From assembly GCA_964187785.1 (NCBI GenBank), contig OZ076409.1:41976001-42040000 (forward strand): a stretch of 64,000 nt of DNA, in the 5' to 3' direction. The notes beneath the pieces were generated by a model. It was not told the DNA's origin. It searched no databases and saw only the letters and a program-made list of their open reading frames with translations. Made by a program: the position numbers and the translations under genes. Positions within the stretch are counted from its first letter, which is position 1; each line of letters begins with the position of its first letter. Positions 1 to 11,155 of this stretch are shown one piece after another. Origin of the DNA: Amphiscolops sp. MND2022 (lineage: Eukaryota).

Positions 1-6
1 CAAAGA

Positions 7-3000
7 ATGGAACGATTCGGTAACAGACCGAAAAATAAAAACAACGGAAACCGTACATGCAGCTTTTGCAATGCTCCAAACTGGACACCGATGCACAAAT
101 GTCCCGCACTAGAAGCGAACTGCAACAAATGCGGAAAGAAGGGACATTACGCAAAAGCATGCAGACTGAAATTCAATAACAACCGAACAGTGAAAAGACT
201 AACCGAAGAAGAAATGAACGAACCGGACGAATCAACAAGCGAATCAGACGAGAGTATACACCACATAAAAGAAATCAAGAAGATAAATGAAATGAACAAA
301 CACTTTACAGCGGTAGTACGAGTTAACGGGGTAAAGAAAGAATTCATAATTGACACCGGATCACCCATTTCAATTATGCCACCCGACGAAAGAATTATAA
401 AATCAACCGAAATTCAGAAAATAACCAACCGATACCAAGATGTGAACAAAAACGAAGTGAAATTCCGGGGAAAAATTCCGGTAAACATCGAACATGAAAA
501 TAATAATCAAAAAATGGAAATCCTAATAACCGAGAGAACAGATATAACACCATTACTCGGTATGGACTGGATGAAGAAATTCAAACTGACAATCAGAAGA
601 ATACAATTAGCCGAGAACAACCAATCAGAACGCGAGAAAATATTTAACAAATTTCCGGATCTATTTGAGAACAACGACACAATCAAAGATACCGAAATAA
701 ATATCCAATTAAAACCTGGACACTACCCGGTAAAACAAAAAGCTAGACCGATACCACTACATCTACAGGAAGATGTTGGAAGGGAATTAGAAAAAGTAAT
801 AAAATCCGGACATTTGGAAAAAGTAAAAGACGTAGACGAAGATTGCTTCGTATCACCGGTGGTAATAACCGTGAAGAACGATAAATCGGTGAAAATAGCT
901 CTGGACTCACGCAAATTAAATGACAGCTGTATTAAAATGAGACCGCACATGCCGAAAATGGAAGAACTGTTAAACCAAATTTCGGTAGAAATAACACGTG
1001 ACCGAACACTACAACTATTCATGTCAAAGATCGACTTGGATTATGCGTACGGCCAAATGAAATTGTCCGAAGAAACAAGCAGACAATGCGTATTCACATT
1101 AACCGGAGGAAAATTCAGTGGATACTACCGGTTTAAAAAAGGTTTCTACGGCCTGTACACCGGCTTGGCTAGACGATATTATCGTGGTAACCCGAGGAAA
1201 CAAACAAGACCACGAGAAAAAGTTATTCGAAATACTGATTAAACTAGAAAAAGCCGGGTACCGAGCAAGTAAAAAGAAATCCGAATTCTTCATGAACCGC
1301 ACAAAATGGCTGGGACACGAAATTGATGAAAACGGAATTAAACCGAACGAAGAAAAAGTGGAAGCAATATCAAAATTAAAACCACCGGAAAATACAAAAG
1401 AACTAAAATCATTTCTCGGAGCAATACAATACATGGCAAAATATCTACCAAAACTGTCGGAGCGGGACGATAGATTGAGAAAATTACTCTAAAAGAATGA
1501 ACAGTGGAAATGGGGACCGGAACAAGAAACGGATTTTAACCGAATAAAACAAATGCTTACCGAAGGCCCATGCTCGGCACACTACGCAAAAGAAAAAGAC
1601 AATATAGTGACAACCGACGCCAACACAACCGGGCTGGGAATAACACTCTGGCAAAAACAAAATGACGGAAATACAAAACCGATAGCGTACGGAAGCAGAT
1701 ATTTGAATGAAACCGAAAAGAAATTATCAGAGGGCGAATTGGAATTATTGGCGGTAGTGTGGGGATTAGAGAAACTCCGATTTTATCTATACGGGAAGAA
1801 AGTTCACCTATACACCGACCACCAAGCATTGGAACCACTCATAAAAAGAAACCGAAGTAATAAACAATACAGCGCGAGATTGACAAGGTGGTTAGACCGC
1901 CTAACGCATTTTGATATATCAATACAACATATCGCAGGCAGTAATTTGAAATTTACCGATTATCTCAGCAGGAATCCGGTAGGGGGAGCTATACCGGAAG
2001 AAAATTACGATGAGGAATACGTAATTAACATATTGACCGAACAAGCCGAATTGAATTTGAAATACGGACAACTATTCGCCAACCAATCAGAAAGCAGTAA
2101 AACCAAAGTTGAAACTGAAAATGGTACATCCGAAGAACAAAATGAGATAATCAACAACCAATCACATTCGGATAGAACATTCGAGAAGGATTACGGCGTG
2201 AACAAAATTCAACAAAGCGAGAATAATTTATCCGGGCAGTCCGATATTAGCACGCAAAGCTCAAGTTGCCTACCGAAAGAAAATTTAAAATTTGTTCAGA
2301 ACAAATATAAACCAAACTTACATACGGAATTTACCGAAATGGACAATTTCCATCACTGGGGCGCTACACGTGAGATTATGGAGATAATACGGAGACGAAA
2401 CAACAGCCCCGAGACAAATAGACTAGTGGAGCAAAGAAGCACACTATCAAAACCCGGAACCCTACGACGCAGATATGACCACCAAACCCAACGGACAGTA
2501 TTTGTCCCAACTCGCCCGAACAAGAGAAGCAGAGAAGAAATAGCCGAAATCGATGCAGAGCTATTACGGCGAGCCAATCGACTGGGAGGTGGATATCATC
2601 CGATAAACCTCGAAGAAGAAGAAACCGAAGAAATGCGGGAAGAAGGAGAAGTAGAGACTGCCGAAACCGAAGAGGACAGTGTAATAATGCGAGGCGACAA
2701 CCTACCGATCGTAGACCTCAGCAAGTATAACACACACGGGAAAGAAGGAAAATATATTCAAATCAACCATATTGTCGGCAAACTCACTGCAAACAAAAAA
2801 GTAACTGAAGACCACATATAGGAAGCCGAGTTCGACTTCATGATGGACCTAAAAACGATGATAGCGAAAACCGCCATAGATCCGGAACTGACCCGAGTCA
2901 GAACCAGCATGCGGAGAGAAGACCGCGAAACAATTCCGGACGGATATCGGACAGTTTTTGACAAGCTGTCAATTAGATGGGGTCTGGTCTTTGTCGACGA

Positions 3001-4513
3001 CCAAATAGTAATCCCAATCGACCTCAGACGCCGCCTATTGGAGATACTACATTTCGGCTACTCCGGAATAACGAAGATGATGTCCAAAGCAAAAATATTC
3101 TGGTGGCCGGACATGAAGAAGGACATCGAAAATAAAGTACAAGACTGTACAGCATGCCTCGCATCAGGTAAAAACCTTAAATATCAATTACCGAAAAACA
3201 TTACGGAAAACTAGAAAAACTATCCGAACCGGAACAAGAAATTCAAATTGATTTTACCGGAAAATTACATAATAAACATTTACACGGCGAAACACAGATA
3301 CTGATTGCGGTTGATAGATTTAGCAAATGGCCGACCGTAAAAATTTGTAAATCAGCGGAAACAAAAAAAGTGATAAACTTCTTAACAAGTAACTTTAATC
3401 TATACGCAGTACCGGAGAAAATAAAATCAGACAAAGGCGGAGCATTTATATCGAAAGAATACCGAGAATTTTGCAAAAATTGAAACATCGAAATTGAATA
3501 CTGTACACCCCGAATGCATACGGGGAAACATAGCAGTGGAAAGAGCAATACAAACGCTCAAAAATCTAATAATAGCAAACCTGGAAGACGGAATAGGCAT
3601 AACCGAAAGCGTAAATAGAGCGTTACGGGTTATGCGATTTACAATACATACCGGCCTGAAAACAACACCGTTTGAACTACACCACGGTAGAAAACCGAGA
3701 ATCGAATTAACAAACATTGTTAAAGACGGAAAAACATACCTATCTAATTGGTCAGAAATGCCTATTTCAGCACCAACCAGACCCAAAATACCAATCTATG
3801 TGGGCCGCGATGCGGATGGAGAGATTACCAATCATATGGTAATGGCGAAGACAAAAGCGGAGGAAAAACAACTTACCGAAAACCAAAAATCTCCAAAGAA
3901 GAAAAGTTCAGTTAGATATCCATTCAAAATTGTTGAAAAAAATTACAACAAAAAATCATTGGAAGGGAGATTCCAAAATAAAATACAAACCGCAGTTAGC
4001 GGAATCGAAAGTACCATAAAAACAGATACCGGAAAAATAATAAATCGGAAATTTATTTCGGGGCTATTGTTTCAGACCGAAAGAAAAGCCAGAAAAGAAC
4101 CGGCAATCAACACAAGCGGAGAGATAAACCCCAAAAACAGACACTGCTTGAGGGGTTTGAACGGGAAATATGGCCGATGGGACGAGATCCTACGGGACAT
4201 CCTGAACGGCAAATTAAAAATCGTACAAAATCCGAAACAACCGGAAAGTGAGACCGAAGACGAAGATGACGACGACGAAGAGATGCCGGAAGAAACCGGA
4301 ACGCCAATAAAGGTATATGACACTTCTGAACGCAACAGAAGCTACATACCATTCCGAACTAGTCCGGAAGAAGACGCTCTACAAATCTACACCGATGGAG
4401 AAACGACGGGTGAGAATTTAGAGAACCAAAACCAAATAAGACGATCAAACCGAAATAGTAAAAAACCGAATAGATACAATAGCATACCTTATACCGGAAA
4501 TTTTTGGGGTTAG
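7..4513 (+). pseudogene. pol: Gypsy gag-pol pseudogene with several frameshifts/stops and an apparent deletion in RT
   Basis: CNKCGKKGHYAKAC knuckle, IIDTGS protease, RT (SKIDLDYAYGQ ... WLDD), RNase H (TTDAN, ELELLAVVWG, YTDHQAL), integrase HHCC remnant (CTAC), SDKGGAF, VERAIQTLK, split over ORFs 7-1242, 1118-1492, 1553-2821, 2840-3214, 3494-4513. Confidence 0.92.
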
Positions 4514-4676
4514 AACAACCGGGTGTAATAAATCATATGTATATTACAGGAAACTTGTGGAACAGGCACAAAGGAACACCTCTACCCGAGAAGGTCCAGA
4601 AGCCATCTGATTTCTTTCCCGAAGAGAATACACCCCCAGGACCATCGAGCCAGAACTGAGAAGAGAGAGGGGGAAA

Positions 4677-4961
4677 TGTTATATTCGGTTAATACCGGCT
4701 TGACCTCTACCGTAAATTCGGATACCAGCAGTCTAGAAGCTAGGAGTTGTTTACCAACAAACTCTAAATAGACTAATAGACTCTCATACCATACATACAT
4801 TTATACTTTTGTTTTGGTTACAATACAGTGATACAAACATAGATCTATCTCTTTTAACAATTTCCTTTTCTCTTAACCTATATCCCTAGAATAGAACAAC
4901 GATAACTCGAATTAATTTATTTTCTGATTCAAGAAGATAGTCAGCCTTCAAAAATATAACA
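4677..4961 (+). repeat. 3' LTR of the first Gypsy element (285 bp)
   Basis: Begins TGTTATATT right after the purine tract GAGAAGAGAGAGGGGGAAA and ends AATATAACA (9-bp inverted termini). Confidence 0.88.
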
Positions 4962-5974
4962 TGATAACCCAAACAACAAGAATTCCGTTCCGTGAGTTCC
5001 ATCTGCATCAGAAATCCCCCTTCAAAAACGATTTGACTTGTAAATCCCAATTACTTTCGTTAATTTAAGATCTTAGTGCTTTCTTTCCAGGTTCCTAGAA
5101 CGCAGTATAGCATAAGTGTTGAAAGCTCCGAGCTTGTCTTGACGTACAACATTTTTCATTACGAGTTCAGTAGGATGTCTTCAGACAAATCTAATGCAAA
5201 ATAATTCCAATTTCACACGAATCTTGCAAAAAACCTGCGAGGTTAATGCATTGACTTGCAAGGTATGTATACTTTCACAACGATGGCTTTCAAAACTCTA
5301 CCAGAAACTTTCTTGCAAAAATATATTTTCCTGTTGTGTTGGATGAAAGAAGCATGCTACATTTGGCGTCAATATTAGGCCTGGAAAATTTGCAGGTTTC
5401 ATTAGGAAACAATATTAATTTTGAAGGCACCCAAATTGCTATCAGTTTTACCGCCATTTCAATGCTAAATAACTTCGGGCACATTGTAAACTGCCAATTA
5501 GCGTCATTTTCAACATGGTATTTTTTTAGAAGCGATGTTTACTTCAGACGGGTATTTGATAACTTAACGCGTAAATACAACGTGATCGTGTCGGTGACGA
5601 AGTGGAAAACATTTTCAAGTTAAATTGCAAGTGTGTAAATTGCTGTGTAATTCTACAAATTTTACACCGGAAGCTTTCTGAATTTTTTTACCGAAGACAT
5701 TGGCCCAAAATGCGATGAAAACGAAGAATAACCGGATACAATAGATGCGTTGTGTCCGAGATGTTTTAAAGATAATAGGAAATATAGTTTTAAAGATGTT
5801 AGGAAATATAGCTGAAACTGTTTTTAGTACTTAATTTTAGAAAAAGGAAACTCTGTCGTTGGCTACAGGGTGTTCAGAGATTAAGCTGACAAAAGGCAAG
5901 GTCACTTTCGTTTGTCGAACGGAAAGTTCTGAAACTTGCAAAGATCATGATGCAAGAGGGATATTTCAGATAAT

Positions 5975-6199
5975 CTACATATCATAAGTCTGTCGCTTTG
6001 CTTTTCGTTCGTTTTTTTTTTCAATACCCTTTTCCAGGAACTTTTTCTTAATTTTGACAATATCGTGACGTTTGAATTGTTTTGCTTTACGTCCAAATAT
6101 GTAGAAGTCTCTCAGAAACTGTATTGGGACTTTTGTCGGTGATCCCAACTTCTCAAAAAGTAGAATATTGTGCTTTCGTTCATCGTCGTTCAATTCCAT
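5975..6199 (-). pseudogene. Probable Tc1/mariner-type transposase N-terminal HTH remnant
   Basis: MELNDDERKHNILLFEKLGSPTKV..QF.R.F...GRK....HDIVKIKKKFLEKG resembles the N-terminal helix-turn-helix of DD37D/maT-like transposases; no catalytic domain seen. Confidence 0.45.
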
Positions 6200-6519
6200 G
6201 ACGTTAAATTTGGCTCTGAAAAGTGGCCGTTCAATCCTCTACTTCTTGCTGCTCAATGAACCACGTCCGTATTTTGAAAGTTCTATGTGGATCATATGTG
6301 ATATTCGACAAGCACTATTTGTTAGAACAATTTGAAAACGTTTTTTGGCCCTGAGCGAGTTACAAACCAACGTCCTTCTGCTTTTCCAGTCAGCGCTCGG
6401 CTCAATAGGTCAACGGGTTTTGCAGTTCAAGTAAAATTGAATATAATAATGAAAGCGGTCAGTTTGTGGCCTGTAAAAGTTCACTACTACAGTCGGAAGT
6501 TTATACCGAAGCGTTGTCT

Positions 6520-6783
6520 AAAAACAGATGCAGCGTAATCCAAAAGCTGCAATGTAAATATCGACGAGTTTACCTGATGGGTGTTCTTTAGTCAGATTGA
6601 ATTCAGGTAGTTCCGTAGTTCAGGTTGTTGAGCAAATAAACACAAAAGTGAACCTTACTCGGCTAAAAAATACCCACTGTAAGAGTTGGGCACTTTTCTC
6701 CAAAAGCGCCGACTAAAAAACGCCCATCAGTTAAACTCATCGATATTTACATAACAGCTTTCGGATTACGCTTCATCTGTTTT
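6520..6783. repeat. Imperfect inverted repeat, ~73-bp arms
   Basis: 6520-6593 (AAAAACAGATGCAGCGTAATCC...TTTAGTC) is the approximate reverse complement of 6711-6783. Confidence 0.85.
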
Positions 6784-6879
6784 CACAAACTGACCGATTC
6801 AAGTCAACTACCTGAACTACGCTCATTCATAACGAAAAAAAAACAAAACCGACGTTCAGATTCTTGAAAACATACTAAG

Positions 6880-7223
6880 GTTCCCCCTTTTGACTATCTT
6901 CTTAGATTTTTTTCGAAACTATACTTTTTTAAAAAAAAATTGGATTCCACCAAAAAGCCCCCCTTCATTTGTTTCGATATTTTGATTTTGCAACAGAATG
7001 GATGCTGAAAAATCCCAGAGGGTCCCCCCTCTTACATTTTTCGGCACTGTGACACTGTTCAAAAATCTCAATTTTTTTTGAGTCTCCAAAGGGTCCCCCC
7101 TTCATTTTTTTTGCAACAATTGCAGTTTCGAAAAGCCCAAAGGGTCCCCCCTTTTACAATTTTAAAAACTTCGCGCTTTTTGAGCCTGAGTTATAGCGCC
7201 ACTTTGGCCCTTCCCGGCTTGTT
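6880..7223 (+). mobile_element. 3' part of a Helentron/DINE-1-like non-autonomous element
   Basis: GGGTCCCCCC subrepeats and terminus GCGCC-ACTTTGGCCCTTCCCGGCTTGTT shared with other copies; 5' boundary approximate. Confidence 0.65.
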
Positions 7224-7758
7224 ATTATTTTCTTTGATATGTGTTGTCATTTTAATTTTTTGACAATAAAACGCTGCTATTATACAGACGTGTCTTTTCA
7301 TCTGACACTTTTTTCAATCCACACGAAGTGTCCAGAATAGTTCTACAAAATTCTACAAAATCTTGACATTTTGAACTGTCCCATTTACTCCAACGAACTG
7401 ATCTTTATTAATTGCTTTTTTTAAAATATAAACAAAATAGAGCGGTATATCCGAATTTTCGATGTTATATTTTCGTATTATGTCGTACCCGGCTTGTTCA
7501 GTTTAATGTAGCGTGTTTCCCTACTCTGAAGGTTCCCTACTGTCGGAAGATTGTAAAGTGAAATAGTAAAATGCTGTCTCAGATATTCGCAAAATGCACG
7601 AGCCAAATCATTTTTTTCTTTTCTTCTCCGCTATCCCTAACAGTTTGCAGATCTTTATCTCGAAAGGCCTATGACAAAAGTAAAGTGATATTACTCTCGA
7701 CTCCGACCTGATTCGGGGGATTTAACTTCTCATATAATCGCGAAAAGTTGGCTCCTGT

Positions 7759-7953
7759 ACATAAAAACATAATCCATCAATATCGCGAATGAGACAATTC
7801 TGTTGGAACAAAAGCCAATACCGATCGTAGTTAACTGCAATAAAAAGTTAACATGTGTACTTTTTATTGCAGTTAACTACAGTATGCTCGCAATTGGGTA
7901 TTGCTACAACGGAAATGTCTCATTCGCGATATTAATGGATTAAGTTTTTATGT
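7759..7953. repeat. ~195-bp near-palindrome (foldback / MITE-like)
   Basis: ACATAAAAACATAATCCATCAATATCGCGAATGAGACA...GTAGTTAACTGCAATAAAAAGT mirrored by ACTTTTTATTGCAGTTAACTAC...TGTCTCATTCGCGATATTAATGGATTAAGTTTTTATGT. Confidence 0.85.
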
Positions 7954-8960
7954 TTTTCGATACTTGTATACTCCAAAATTGCAATCAAAAGTGACAGCGA
8001 AATTAATCCAGCAATATTGAACATGCCACCTTGCCCGTTGAAGAAGCGAGAACGAGAATTTTAAATGGAAGGAATAAAAGTGACGTTTTTGAAGGCCTTG
8101 GACTTTTTGAGACAATTAATTGATTTTCTCTTGATGCAAATGCGACTCTCTTGATGAATATGCACTTGCTTCGAACAACACAGACTTTTTTTCGCAACAT
8201 TTCACGTAAGGATTTGCTTAAAAAATTAATAGTAGCTTGTGACTGGAATAAAAACATTACATGAACATTATGGCATTCTAAATGTTCGTCACACAAATCT
8301 GTGTGTTCATTTCAGTATTTTCACAATTTTATAAATTTGGGGAAAATAGTTCAGTTAAGATTTTCTGAACTGTATATAAATTTCGCTGAAAAATATGTGG
8401 CTGAAAGAATGCTGTGTCAATTATAGAGGCAATATAATGTAATTTATATTTTCAGAGTAATCTTCAGATCTATAAGCAGACCCAAAACATGAAACCGAAA
8501 ACGAGCAGACTTTAATTTAGGGCAAATATATGCGCACATGTTTGTTAATGAATTGAAGTATGAAATAATTTTCGCTTCCAGTCTGAATAAATCACAAATC
8601 ATACAGAGCAACCTTACTTTTGACCGAATAATATCAACAAAAACCACGCAATTGGCGAAATAGAATAATTTAGGGAGTCACCGCCTTGTCATTCAAATTT
8701 CCCTGAGCAAAACTTCTGGAAAACCAAACAAGCTTCAGTGTTCAGAGCCTCTGGTCCACATATTCCGATTTATTGGAATATTGCTACATTAGCCTTTGGG
8801 CAACATTGACAATTATGATTTAAATCAGAGCCGAAAACCTGCAAAATATTGAAAATTCCGTTTGTTATTTTCTCTTTTTGTTTATTTGACCAAAACGCTG
8901 GAAAATAAATCATTTCCAGAATTTATATATAAAGTTAAACAATAAGTGTATGGCAAATAG

Positions 8961-9388
8961 TGTTGCTGTGCAATACAAATACAAATACGACGGAGTTAAA
9001 ACAAATAATAGGACAATTTAGAGTAGCGGTAGCGTTGTAGCTTTCCAATCATAAGATCGGAGGTTCGATTCCCGGGATCGGCCAATATTTGGGTAATATC
9101 TAAATATCCAAAAAATTTTGGATTTTTGCAAGTATATCTATTTCAAATAACCTTGAGAAATTGCGTAAAAAGGTCTTGCTAGCTTTTGTTTGTTAGTGTT
9201 TATTGTTGTTTGATAATATTTAAATAATTATTGTTCATTTGTCTGCGAAATGCAATAATTCTACTGTTATTTATATTCATTTGAGCCACGTTTTGACACG
9301 GATCTGACTGACATCCTATTCAAAAAATAAAGTATTGATTGCTTTGTGTTTTAACCGAACTCTAGAACCCGAATTCTAAAGTTTTACA
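8961..9388 (+). repeat. BEL/Pao 5' LTR
   Basis: TGTTGCTGTG...GTTTTACA; only about 3 differences from the 3' LTR seen by eye. Confidence 0.97.
9011..9084 (+). ncRNA. tRNA-like sequence (pseudo-tRNA, TCC anticodon position) inside the BEL 5' LTR
   Basis: A-box-like TAGAGTAGCGG, exact B-box GGTTCGATTCC, TTCCAA at anticodon-loop spacing, 5/7 acceptor-stem pairing GGACAAT/ATCGGCC. Confidence 0.65.
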
Positions 9389-9405
9389 TGGTGGCCATAG
9401 AGAGG
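9389..9405 (+). promoter_or_regulatory. Primer-binding site of the BEL element
   Basis: TGGTGGCCATAGAGAGG directly after the LTR; TGG pairs with tRNA CCA and TGGCC fits a GGCC-start acceptor stem such as tRNA-Ile (tentative). Confidence 0.75.
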
Positions 9406-9833
9406 CATCTTTCATCTTTCACCCACAGCAATTAAACGCGCCAGAATTGTTTGTTTACTAAGAGAGCTGGAATCCTGCCGAGTTCCCAAAGTACCCATTA
9501 TTTGGACACTTGCAAATCAGGTTTGAGCTCGATCTCAAACGAAACAAGTATCGATGATTCATCTAATTTCATCGCAAATTCATTCAAGCTGCAGTTGGGT
9601 CCCGAGTTTGAGAATGATGATCAAATTATTGATGTTCAAGTAATTCTTGCGCTCTCCCCAGAAAACCTGTCAAATTGGGAATTACAGTCAGTGAATTATA
9701 ATTATAACCAAATCACTTCTAAATTTCCGACTTTCAACCAACCAATTGAACCAAATTTTGACAACTTTTATCAAACTGTGGAACTTGTACTGGGCTCACA
9801 AACTTGGGATGCACTGAAGATTTCGCAAGCAGG

Positions 9834-10030
9834 CGCCCCGAAGCCCAGCAGGTGCCCCGAAGCCCAGAAGGTACAACCCCCCCCCGAAACCCAGAAGTGC
9901 CCCCCGAAGCCCAGAAAGTGCCCCAAAGCTCAGAAGGTGCCCCCGAAGCCCAGAAAGTGCCCCGAAGCTCAGAAGGCGCCCCGAAGCCCCACAAGTTTTC
10001 CGAAGCCCAGAAGGTACCCCGGAAAATACC
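9834..10030 (+). repeat. GC-rich ~20-21-bp tandem repeat in the BEL leader
   Basis: About 9 copies of CCCGAAGCCCAGAAGGTGCC with variable C-runs. Confidence 0.9.
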
Positions 10031-10326
10031 CGTAAAAGGTTCTTTAAAAACAAAAAAAATTGTTCGAACAATTTTAACTGATTATACTTGATGTGTGCTA
10101 ATCAGCGATAGCAAGACCTTAAAAGCAAACAATATTCTGGGAAATACTGTGCTTCACAGTGGAAAAATGCGTTTTGTTGTGTAGAAAAATTTTGTAAACT
10201 ACCACACAAAAAACACAAAAGAAACCTCATTGAAGACATTTGAAAAAAAAACACATCTATCGCTCAAAAAATAAAAAATTCCCGATAATTGTAAAAAAGA
10301 TTAGTAGAAAATTGCCAAAAAAGTAA

Positions 10327-10929
10327 ATGGTTCGAATTTTGGCTGCAAGTTCTTAGCACCACGCAATTGAAACTGTTGATTCCGAACAGCAAAAGGCTAT
10401 TAACGAAAAAGTTTATTCCATACCGGGCCTGAGCTTAAACATTCACGCAAAAAATCCTCAAAAAATTGTACAAAACCTGATCGAAAAAGATTTCAAAGAC
10501 GAAAAAGAACTGATAATTTGGCACGACGTCATTAATAACAGCATCTGTAAACATAAAAGTAACTTTTATTGTGCCTTGTCAGTAATTGACTTAGTAAATG
10601 TTCTGAAATCCTATCAACACAGAATCAGGGCTCTTGTGTACTGCCAACGGAATCGAACGCCTGACATTTTCTTGCAATTGAAAGAGACAAACATTTTTGT
10701 ACTGAACATTGAAAAAGATTTTATCTCGCTGCGTAAGCAAAAGGATCTCGATTATTTGCAAAATTTGAAGGCGTTGCACCAGAGTCCTGATATAGAATTG
10801 AAACATCTGAATCTTGTTTTGAAGAATGAAAATGATTTATCACAAATTACTGCCCGTAGTCGCCCCAAACGCCCCTCTAAACGCGCCCGCAAGGCGATAA
10901 AAAACACGTTGTCTGCCGCCAACGAGTAA
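10327..10929 (+). pseudogene. ~200-codon ORF with one internal TAG, SGNH-hydrolase-like, upstream of BEL gag
   Basis: ATG 10327 is in frame with ORF 10576-10929: MVRILAASS*HH ... YSIPGLSL ... LIIWHDVINNSI ... ALHQSP match the order of SGNH blocks I, II, III and V. Confidence 0.55.
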
Positions 10930-11155
10930 ACTACTCCGCCTCTCGAGTTGTAGCTGTGTCCGGACTTAACTGACCGGTTGACGCTGCAACCCGTTTCCTC
11001 CTTCTTTTTCTGTGCTGTGTCCGAGCTTAACTGCTCGGTTGATGTTCAGAAGGAACTCCCACCCTAAACAGCAGCGTGTTCCTTTTTAATCTGCCATACA
11101 CCGTGCGACCCATCGTGACTGTCTTCTTTTAGCCTAAACAAAAAAAACAGGCAAG

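Larger units (their letters stand above)
1..4961 (+). mobile_element. Ty3/Gypsy LTR retrotransposon, decayed, 5' end outside window
   Basis: Domain order Gag zinc knuckle - protease - RT - RNase H - integrase over broken ORFs, then PPT at 4658-4676 and a 3' LTR. Confidence 0.93.

Noticed and set aside
9011..9084. Functional tRNA-Gly gene
   Set aside because: Acceptor, anticodon and T stems pair poorly; kept only as a tRNA-like cassette
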